Part shown: positions 25,648 through 32,000 of the stretch, piece by piece
Numbering within the stretch: position 1 is the first letter of the stretch
Layout: each line of letters opens with the position of its first letter
Assembly: GCF_037902255.1 (NCBI RefSeq)
Contig: NZ_CP147990.1
Location: 1,680,001-1,712,000, forward strand
Direction: 5' to 3'
Origin: Candidatus Electrothrix sp. GW3-4
Lineage (GTDB): Bacteria > Desulfobacterota > Desulfobulbia > Desulfobulbales > Desulfobulbaceae
DNA: 32,000 nt
Program-made: the position numbers and the translations under genes
The notes under the pieces: generated by a model
Told to the model about the DNA's origin: nothing
Seen by the model: the letters and a program-made list of their open reading frames with translations, nothing else
Database searches by the model: none

Positions 25648-25875
25648 TTATAACCGATGCTGAGCATCGCCTGATACTTTCTCGGCACCTCGTATCTGAT
25701 TTTCACCGCCTATATTTTCTCTGTAGTCAGTCACACTCGTAAGGTTTGATACTTTGATGACGACCTTGTTTGCCCGCCTGTTAAAAGATGATCGCAAGAG
25801 AAATACTATTACGAATGTCAGTAAGACAAGTAAGATAATTTCCATAAAATCATGATCATTTTCTGTTCTGTTCAT
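25648..25875 (-). CDS. Small hypothetical single-pass membrane protein in an AT-rich patch
   Basis: 75-aa ORF with a good RBS (AAGGGGGATTTATTATG on the minus strand) and a TM segment (FMEIILLVLLTFVIVFLL). I recognise no family. Confidence 0.4.
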   Translation of the reverse strand: MNRTENDHDFMEIILLVLLTFVIVFLLRSSFNRRANKVVIKVSNLTSVTDYRENIGGENQIRGAEKVSGDAQHRL

Positions 25876-26141
25876 AATAAATCCCCCTTAAATATTATGA
25901 CGTGTAAGGAAAGAATCTTTTTGCCTGTTGAACATGATATAAATAATTCTACCCTTAGTAGTGGTTAGTATAATTATTTATACCGCAATTTTCAGAAAAA
26001 GTCTTCCCCGGAGGGTGTTTTTTTGATGATTTGCATGCAGGTGAACACAATATGGTGTGACTCCGGGGGGATCATACACACCATATTCCTTCTTTCTTGA
26101 TTCTTTCACTGAAGCACTATTACAGCGCGGCGCAAATAACC

Positions 26142-26897
26142 CTATGCTTTTAACGGCAACCCATTAAATGTCCATTTGTATGGTTTTGCCATTGTCGCAT
26201 TAAAGTAATCAATAAAGTCGAGCAATTTGCTCCTGAGATCTTTTTTTGATGTAAAATTACCTCTTTTAATGATTTTCTTAGTAAGAATACCAAACCAAAT
26301 TTCTACTTGATTGAGCCATGAACAGTGTTTTGGGGTATAAACAAAGCGAATTGCATGGTCTTTCTTCCTGAGAAATTCGGCTCTGCTTTTCATTGATTTC
26401 AAAATGCCTTGTTTCCCTTTGACGCCTAACTTATCTTTTATTTCGCATAATTCACTGACCAACTTGACAAGTGATTCCGACTTATGAGTATTGAGCTGAT
26501 CAGCCACAAAGACCCACTCCCGAGTTTCCGGATCGCTTAATATAAGGCTTCGAATATGTTCGCAAAAATCATGTTCGTCCCGAGTGTCTCCTATGCTGGG
26601 AGAGACGACTTCACCGGTCACTACGTCAAAGTTTGCAATGAGCGAGAGTGTTCCGTGCCTGATGTACTCAAACTCAATCCGCTCCGGCTTTCCCGGCTCT
26701 ATCTTTTTTGTCGGATTTTTCCTCTCAAGAGCCTGTATTCCGGTATTTTCATCAATACTGATGGTTCGCCTGCCGTTTATTACCGCCTTTCGGGGAGCTT
26801 CGTGGTATGTTTCACAGACATCTTTCACTTCTAAAACAAACAGTTCTTCATTGTCATGATTGGGATTGAGCCAATACCGACTATGATGAGGTTTCAC
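26142..26897 (-). CDS. IS630-family transposase, DDE_3 catalytic part (orfB, +1 frame relative to orfA)
   Basis: The 251-aa ORF carries KPHHSRYWLNP, ISIDENTGIQALER, VFVADQLNTHKS and PKHCSWLNQVEIWFG, typical of IS630-type DDE transposases. The track start is a GTG and the frame is open upstream to the T5A5 tract. Confidence 0.85.
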   Translation of the reverse strand: MKPHHSRYWLNPNHDNEELFVLEVKDVCETYHEAPRKAVINGRRTISIDENTGIQALERKNPTKKIEPGKPERIEFEYIRHGTLSLIANFDVVTGEVVSPSIGDTRDEHDFCEHIRSLILSDPETREWVFVADQLNTHKSESLVKLVSELCEIKDKLGVKGKQGILKSMKSRAEFLRKKDHAIRFVYTPKHCSWLNQVEIWFGILTKKIIKRGNFTSKKDLRSKLLDFIDYFNATMAKPYKWTFNGLPLKA

Positions 26898-27438
26898 ATC
26901 GGTTTCTTTTTAAAAATCGGCCCACTTGACGGTCCGAAATTCCAGAGGTTATCCCACGCTTATTGCATTCATCCGCCAATTCCCTACTGCTCCATTGAGA
27001 AATTGGACGACCGCTTTCTTCGGGATGCTCCAGTGCAACTGCTAAAATCTGACAATATTGTTCTGAAGAATAAGTTACTGGTGCTCCCGGACGCGGATTA
27101 TCTTTTAAAACTTCTCGAATACTTTTTTCCAACTGATTGGCATTTTGGGGATCAGTCTCTATTTGCATTAAAGTATCTTGGTTGGCCAGCCACTTGTATC
27201 TCCAATGTTTAACCTTGTCGATACTGCAACTCATGACTTTTGCAATCTTTGAGTTCGGTTTTCCTTTCTCAATCTCCAATATTAAAGAAGCCCGACTTAC
27301 CTCACGAAAATCAGCTGTTGATTGTCGAGCTATTTTTGACAAAATTTCTTTCTGTTGTTCGGAAACAGCAATTGATGGCGATTTGGGTGTAGGCATTTTC
27401 GAATCCATGTGTTGCAAGATTGTTGTCAATATACGCAA
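26881..27438 (-). CDS. IS630-family transposase, N-terminal HTH part (orfA)
   Basis: The 185-aa ORF has HTH-like segments (ILSKIARQSTADFREVSRASLIL, KIAKVMSCSIDKVKHWRYKW). It ends 17 nt inside orfB. The real start is probably an internal Met (MDSK or MPTPK). Confidence 0.8.
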   Translation of the reverse strand: MRILTTILQHMDSKMPTPKSPSIAVSEQQKEILSKIARQSTADFREVSRASLILEIEKGKPNSKIAKVMSCSIDKVKHWRYKWLANQDTLMQIETDPQNANQLEKSIREVLKDNPRPGAPVTYSSEQYCQILAVALEHPEESGRPISQWSSRELADECNKRGITSGISDRQVGRFLKRNRCETSS

Positions 27439-27523
27439 TCAAAAAGGATTCATGATACAATATTATTGTGCAAAAAAGCAGTGTTTAATTTACGCTGAGC
27501 TGTACTATACCACTCCTGGATTG

Positions 27524-29230
27524 TCAGCTGACAACGTCAGCCTGATGCAGGGTAACCTGGGTGAAGGGAATACCCCAGCCGTACTTGGTGCAGGCATCCA
27601 CAGCGGCCTGTTGAAAAAAACGGGACAGGGCGAAATAATTCGCTGCCTGGCTGCCAGGAAATCGGGCAAAGATCAGGAGATTCAAGGAAGAGGAGGCTGC
27701 CTCCTTAAAGTCCACCACCAGCTCAACCAGATCTGGACCATACTCTTTTTCCGTTAGTAGCGTAATAATATGCGCATGGAGAAGATCGGGAACGGTTCGG
27801 ATGATATCTGCTTGACAGGCGTAATCAATACCGAAATCCATTATAATGGCAAAGGTGTTGTTGGAGTAGTTGATCGGGTTCAGTCCGAGAAAGGTCAGGG
27901 TGGCATAGGTTTTCTGGCACCCACCCCGGGTGTCCAGTACCACCTGTTCCGGGGTTTGCAGGGCTATGGTCCCGATTGCCCCGTCAGCGAGCTCGACCAG
28001 ATCCCCGCTCTTGGTGGGAAACCAGGGTTCATCCGTGTAAAATGGACGTGACTCCAAGCCAATAAGGGCCGACAGGGGAAGGCGGATCATGCCGCCCCGA
28101 AGATCAGGGTTATGGAGTCGGGTATAGAGGTTCAAGGCCATAACCCGCCAAGGCAATCCTTCATAAATAATACGTTCTCCTTCCCGGACCGTACTCAGAT
28201 TAAGCAGGAGTTTGGCCTGTTCCCAGAATTTAGGCAGGGTCTGCTTGCTGGTCCAGGCAACACCAAAGAGGAAGAGGAAGGCAAGGCCAAGCAGAACCCA
28301 ATCGCCGGAAAGATACAACACCAAAACAAAGGCAATGACTGCGATCAGGAAGGTCAATAAATAATAAACAATCACTGCCAGTCGTACAAGAAAGGAGCGA
28401 TGTTCTCCCAGCCGGCCCAGCCGCGTTTTTTTATGGGCGAGTCGCTGCGTTTCCCGCATCAGCAGAAAAACAACAAAAAAGGCTGTCAGGGCAAGAAAGA
28501 GATTGAGCCCCCTGCTCTTGAAGAATTCCCGAAAGATTGCCCGCACGGAACTCAGCAAGGATACCTTGGTCTGTTCTTTTTCTGTCAGCTGCTGCTGCAC
28601 AGCTGCCAAGCGCGCCTTGAGTTCATCCTGGCGCTGTTGTCGGGCGATGAGCAGGCTTTTAAGTTCCTGTTTCATCTCGTTTGACTCTGTATCATCCAGA
28701 TGCTGCTGAATGCTGTTTATTGCACTCTTTGTGAGATAAATACGCTTTTGGTAACGTTCTACCTGCTTGCGCAACGCCTCCATCTCTCGAGGACGAGCTG
28801 TTAACTTCTTTATCTCTTCCAAAATTGGGCTCAGCAGTTCCTGCAATTCTTGCTGCCAGTCAACGTTCCCTGTGACCACAGAAAATTCTGACGGATCCAC
28901 CCCGGAAACAATGCTCTCAAAATCACTGTCAAGGGCTTGGATTCGTGCGTTTATTTCCTGGATCTCTGCTCGGATAACCTCCTGCTGTACCTCGGCCTTT
29001 TCTCTTTTGAGATTTTTTTCCTCTTCTGATAACTTTTTTTTGAGCGTCTGCTTAGCCTGAATGATTTGTTGCAGGGTGTCATTTGCCGGGACAGGGGTGG
29101 ACTGAGGTGCTGCGACCTCAGCCTCTGCTTGCTGACCGCTGGGCACCAGGCAGAGAGAGAGGAATATGAGAAGCAGACAGGTTGTGAGGAAAAGAGAGAG
29201 AAGAAAGACCTTGTCAGTTACGCGAGCCAT
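27524..29230 (-). CDS. MscS-family mechanosensitive channel with N-terminal signal peptide and long periplasmic coiled coil
   Basis: 568-aa ORF with a signal/TM at the N-terminus, a ~200-aa coiled coil and 3-4 TM segments. It has an MscS beta-domain pattern (SGDLVELADGAIGTIALQTPEQVVLDTRGG...PINYSN). Confidence 0.8.
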   Translation of the reverse strand: MARVTDKVFLLSLFLTTCLLLIFLSLCLVPSGQQAEAEVAAPQSTPVPANDTLQQIIQAKQTLKKKLSEEEKNLKREKAEVQQEVIRAEIQEINARIQALDSDFESIVSGVDPSEFSVVTGNVDWQQELQELLSPILEEIKKLTARPREMEALRKQVERYQKRIYLTKSAINSIQQHLDDTESNEMKQELKSLLIARQQRQDELKARLAAVQQQLTEKEQTKVSLLSSVRAIFREFFKSRGLNLFLALTAFFVVFLLMRETQRLAHKKTRLGRLGEHRSFLVRLAVIVYYLLTFLIAVIAFVLVLYLSGDWVLLGLAFLFLFGVAWTSKQTLPKFWEQAKLLLNLSTVREGERIIYEGLPWRVMALNLYTRLHNPDLRGGMIRLPLSALIGLESRPFYTDEPWFPTKSGDLVELADGAIGTIALQTPEQVVLDTRGGCQKTYATLTFLGLNPINYSNNTFAIIMDFGIDYACQADIIRTVPDLLHAHIITLLTEKEYGPDLVELVVDFKEAASSSLNLLIFARFPGSQAANYFALSRFFQQAAVDACTKYGWGIPFTQVTLHQADVVS

Positions 29231-29324
29231 TGAGTTTTTTCAGAATATTTTGATTGCAAAAAGGGATTGTGTCGTACAGAGAAAGGGGCTCTTTGTCTGG
29301 AGCTATCTTTTTGGCATGTCGTTG

Positions 29325-29792
29325 TTATTTATGATACTTATGTCCAGCCTTGATGGAGCAGGCCCGATAAAGTTGTTCTAACAGAATAAAGCGGGTCATC
29401 TCATGGGTAAAGGTGAGACGGGATAACGACCAGATTTGGTCAGCCTGCTGGCGCACCTGCTGGTCCAGACCGAGATATCCACCAATGAGAAAGCAAAGCG
29501 TCTGTATTCCCCGATCTTCCCAGTTTGTAAGAGCACTCGCTATGTCTTCCGAGGTTTGCTCACGTCCGGCAGGGTCCAGGGCCACTATCAACGAGGAGCC
29601 TGCCGCAGCATTGAGCAGTTGTTCTGCCTCCCGAGCCATAATGACCTGTCCTGCGTCATTCTTTGCATGTCTACTCTTGAGCATAGCTGTCTCCACTGGA
29701 AGATAGCGCCGCAGTCGGCCTGCGTAATCTTCTATTGCCTGCTCCAGGTATTTTTCTTTTGTCTTTCCGAGAAAGGGAATCGTTAGTTTCAT
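29325..29792 (-). CDS. rlmH: 23S rRNA (pseudouridine1915-N3)-methyltransferase RlmH (SPOUT, YbeA family)
   Basis: The 155-aa ORF shows the typical size and pattern: MKLTI...GKTKEKYLEQAIEDYAGRL, LIGGYLGL, SLSRLTFTHEMTRFILLEQLYRA. Confidence 0.9.
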   Translation of the reverse strand: MKLTIPFLGKTKEKYLEQAIEDYAGRLRRYLPVETAMLKSRHAKNDAGQVIMAREAEQLLNAAAGSSLIVALDPAGREQTSEDIASALTNWEDRGIQTLCFLIGGYLGLDQQVRQQADQIWSLSRLTFTHEMTRFILLEQLYRACSIKAGHKYHK

Positions 29793-30244
29793 GATGTGTT
29801 TTTTTCTTTTAAAATAAAAGATTATCCCTGTAGGAAGGTAATTGTTGAGGCCCGATAATAAGTCTTACTTCTCAGTAAAAGTACTTTGTGGTATAAAAAA
29901 ACTATACATTAAGTTTAATTTATTATACCATCATGGTTAAGGGGAGGAGTAAAGTAATAACATAAACAAGAAAGGGTGAACACCATGGAACATCGTGAAG
30001 CAGTCCACATTCTGATGCTGAGTCCTTTTTATTTTCGTATTACTGTTAAAGAGCGGCTCAAGCTGATCAAGAGGTACTGCCTTGAGATTACACTTCAATC
30101 GATTTCTTCATCACAGTCGTAAAAAGCAAGAACAGAATATCCATTACCAATGAGCAGAAAATTATTTTTTCTCTTACGCCGTAACATTACGTTAGAGGTA
30201 TAGAAAGGTACGGCTCATTTTCTCTGGTATAAGCAGAAGAGAAC

Positions 30245-30850
30245 ATGAGGAACAGGCTTCACATAACAATGAGTATGGGAAGTTGGAAGTTAACAGCGAG
30301 ATATAGCATGGATCGAAATATTTGGTTGATGATGGTTAATCAGCATGGTAACGGTTTGTATAAAAAAGGATATCTCGGCAGAGAAGTGCATGAGTTTGAA
30401 ATTGAAGCAGCTCTAGAGGCACAAAGAGTTTTTGCTGAGATGACCAGTAGCGATGCCATCCACATTACCTGTATGGAGTTTACAACTCCGCCTGAAGGAT
30501 CAACATATCGCAGCATTACTGAGCCTATTCACCGTAAAATTACCGCAGCACCGAGTATCATGGAGTCAACATGGGTAAATGTCTGGCACTCTGTTGCCGA
30601 GGCCAGTTTTCTTATCACTGCTGGTACATCTAAGGTTATATCATTTTTGGAAGAATACGGTATTATCGGATTAGCGGCCTATCTTGCGTTTTGCCGTGAA
30701 TGCCGTGACTGGGTCCCGACACCGCAGATGTTTCCTGAATTATCCCCAGAAGAACAAGGCGCGTGGCAGGAGGTCGAGGCTGTTGCCGGTCAGATTATGG
30801 CTGACGGGTTTATGAAGCTGGACTATCGTCCCAATCAAACAGAGCATTAA
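30245..30850 (+). CDS. Hypothetical protein (orphan, start uncertain)
   Basis: The 201-aa ORF is followed about 90 bp later by a strong terminator. The RBS is weak and there are several alternative Met starts. I recognise no motif. Confidence 0.45.
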   Translation: MRNRLHITMSMGSWKLTARYSMDRNIWLMMVNQHGNGLYKKGYLGREVHEFEIEAALEAQRVFAEMTSSDAIHITCMEFTTPPEGSTYRSITEPIHRKITAAPSIMESTWVNVWHSVAEASFLITAGTSKVISFLEEYGIIGLAAYLAFCRECRDWVPTPQMFPELSPEEQGAWQEVEAVAGQIMADGFMKLDYRPNQTEH

Positions 30851-30939
30851 TTGTAATTTACCCATTTTTTCCTGCTGACGTTTTGCTCATTTGAGAAATG
30901 GTATTGCAGGGAGAACATAAACTGTATACGCTCTTCCTG

Positions 30940-30988
30940 AAGCCTTCCTCTTGTGGCGTTAACTGGTCCACAAGTAGGGAGGCTTTTT
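30940..30988 (+). terminator. Rho-independent terminator
   Basis: AAGCCTTCCTCTTGTGG (30940-30956) pairs with CCACAAGTAGGGAGGCTT (30968-30985) over about 17 bp with one bulge. A TTTTT run follows. Confidence 0.65.
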
Positions 30989-31105
30989 GAGTTGAGCTGG
31001 AATTTCCAACAGGGCGCGGATACGGTAAAGCAATAATCATGCCAGTAAAATAGGGGCTTTTTGGGGGGGCTATAGGTGAAAAAATAAAAAGAGGTAAAAA
31101 AAAAT

Positions 31106-31134
31106 TTGACTGCTTCTGCTCTTTCGTGTTTTAT
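31106..31134 (+). promoter_or_regulatory. Candidate sigma-70 promoter with A-rich UP-like element
   Basis: TTGACT (31106-31111), a 17-nt spacer, then TTTTAT (31129-31134). It is preceded by AAAAATAAAAAGAGGTAAAAAAAAA. Confidence 0.3.
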
Positions 31135-31205
31135 CAGTTTCGTAAGAAACTTGTTTTAGAGCAGGTTTAACATATATCCTTTCTGGTCAGAGCAGAACCA
31201 GAAAG

Positions 31206-31278
31206 TTGCAAAAGCCACAGCCGTCGTGAGGCGGTGTCGGAAAGCTACGGATCTCCAGGAGGAGACCGCCGGGTTGCC
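31206..31278 (+). ncRNA. GEMM-I-like cyclic-dinucleotide riboswitch candidate (c-di-GMP-I, or the cGAMP-type variant) in the 5' leader of a secreted-protein gene
   Basis: Two hairpins are joined by GEMM-I-like junctions. The elements are GCAAAAGCC (31208-31216), hairpin CCGTC-GTGA-GGCGG with a GNRA loop (31221-31234), CGGAAAGC-TACGG (31238-31250) and hairpin CGGaTCTCC-AGGA-GGAGACCG (31248-31268). The 3' CCGGGTTGCC closes onto the 5' GCAA. Remembered consensus for comparison: GGCAAACC[GNRA hairpin]GGGACGCAAAGCC-ACGGG...CGGGGUUACC. Confidence 0.5.
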
Positions 31279-31320
31279 TGCTTTCACTTAACGCTCTATT
31301 GTAAAACCAGGAGGAATGTT

Positions 31321-32000
31321 ATGAAAACCACATCCAGGAAAATTCGCAGAAGTTTCGTTGCCGCTGCCGCAGTTCTCTTTGCAGCCCCCTTTGCCGCTCA
31401 GGCGGTCGACGTTAATGGCTCCTATAATGATGATTGGAATCTGAGCGAGGATTTCTTTGCTCCCATGTATAGGGCAGGGAATCCTGATAAGGATCTGTTG
31501 TCCAACGCCTATCTCCGTTATGACAGCAATACCAGCACGGTCTTTGTTCTGGTGCTTGAAGACGCAGGCGCTTTAGTTCCTCTTTCCGATAATCCCGACA
31601 ACGCCTGGGTAAAGGTATATTCTCTTGGTTCGCAAAGCCTCGTCAGCGGCAATAGTGGCAACGACAGTATGGCACCAGATTTTGAGTGGGTCATGAAGGA
31701 TGGTCGTGCTATCGGTTGGGAGGGCTCTTTTAAGCTTGATCCGGGCAGCTATGGCGATGGCCTTGAGATCCATGTCAATCATGGCGGAGAGACCTCTTCA
31801 ACAGGCAAGAAGGTGACAGCAGATGGAGAAGAGCTTAACACCGGTGCATTATCTCCCGATACCCCTGAAGGCCCGCCTGTTGTCACTGGTTCGACAGATC
31901 CTGCATTCATTCCTGATCCGAAATTGGATATCGAAATCAGTACGCAGGGCTTTGATGCCGATGAACCGACAGGTGCCTATATTGAAGTTGGTGATCATGT
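31321..32000 (+). CDS. Secreted protein, 5' part (runs off the window end)
   Basis: An ATG sits 6 nt after AGGAGGA, and the frame is open for 226 codons to the window edge. The signal peptide is MKTTSRKIRRSFVAAAAVLFAAPFAAQA/VD. The mature part is D/N/G/S-rich, as in surface or adhesin-type proteins. It is absent from the ORF track because no stop lies in the window. Confidence 0.7.
   Translation, partial: MKTTSRKIRRSFVAAAAVLFAAPFAAQAVDVNGSYNDDWNLSEDFFAPMYRAGNPDKDLLSNAYLRYDSNTSTVFVLVLEDAGALVPLSDNPDNAWVKVYSLGSQSLVSGNSGNDSMAPDFEWVMKDGRAIGWEGSFKLDPGSYGDGLEIHVNHGGETSSTGKKVTADGEELNTGALSPDTPEGPPVVTGSTDPAFIPDPKLDIEISTQGFDADEPTGAYIEVGDH

Larger units (their letters stand above)
26121..27504 (-). mobile_element. 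IS630-family insertion sequence flanked by TA dinucleotides
   Basis: The imperfect terminal inverted repeats are TA-CAGCGCGGCGCAAAT... at 26121 and ...ATTTACGCTGAGCTG-TA ending at 27504, matching at 12 of the first 15 positions. The element encloses HTH and DDE transposase ORFs. TA target duplication is the IS630/Tc1-mariner hallmark. Confidence 0.85.

Noticed and set aside
30858-31040. 60-aa minus-strand ORF
   Set aside because: It spans the strong plus-strand rho-independent terminator at 30940-30988, has no RBS and has no recognisable sequence features.
31206-31278. Alternative reading of the leader element as a ZTP (pfl) riboswitch, because of GTCGTGA and CCGCCGGG strings
   Set aside because: The hallmark UGACUGGCG and GGUGGGAAACCACC segments are absent. 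The downstream gene is a secreted protein rather than a purine or folate gene. The two-hairpin/junction layout fits GEMM-I better.
31573-31782. 69-aa minus-strand ORF
   Set aside because: It is antisense to the open, signal-peptide-bearing frame that starts at 31321 behind a strong AGGAGGA RBS.
1-32000. Search by eye for CRISPR arrays, tRNA/rRNA genes and long direct repeats
   Set aside because: There are no regularly spaced 25-40-bp repeats, no tRNA T-arm (GGTTCGAATCC-like) signatures in non-coding gaps, and no rRNA-like conserved stretches.

Overview
This 32-kb chromosomal window most resembles a Desulfobacterota/deltaproteobacterial genome. That call is an inference from the sigma-54 activator, the membrane-anchored multihaem cytochrome and the MetF/MetV-type reductase, and it cannot be verified here. 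(1) 1-9.8 kb holds a type I restriction-modification island, hsdM-hsdS-[AlbA_2/HATPase_c_4 gene]-AT-rich spacer-hsdR. It is followed by gene debris (a truncated FN3 fragment) and two small membrane-protein genes, and related terminator-like hairpins sit on either side. (2) 10.1-10.8 kb is a 700-bp non-coding gap containing a ~490-bp element bounded by ~80-bp imperfect inverted repeats. (3) 10.8-24.2 kb is a signalling/C1 block. In order it carries a PHP phosphoesterase, an NtrC-type sigma-54 response regulator, a candidate sigma-54 promoter, a stand-alone H-NOX haem sensor and an MTHFR-like/MetV-fused protein. It continues with a convergent Pyr_excise-DUF1722 fusion, a PabB-PabC fusion, an NtrB-like histidine kinase, a ClC channel with CBS/TrkA_C domains and a 12-haem-motif cytochrome c. 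(4) 24.2-32 kb starts with an unassigned 490-bp stretch with chained small ORFs. It then carries an MlaD-like lipoprotein, an AT-rich patch, an IS630-family element with TA flanks and a split transposase, an MscS-family channel and rlmH. An orphan ORF follows, and then a GEMM-I-like (cyclic-dinucleotide) riboswitch candidate sits in front of a secreted protein that runs off the window. I saw no tRNA, rRNA or CRISPR array. The leads most worth follow-up are the H-NOX/MTHFR-like two-gene unit behind a sigma-54 promoter, the accessory gene embedded in the R-M operon, the riboswitch candidate and the inverted-repeat element. All domain calls come from motif reading and memory of family consensus, not from database searches.
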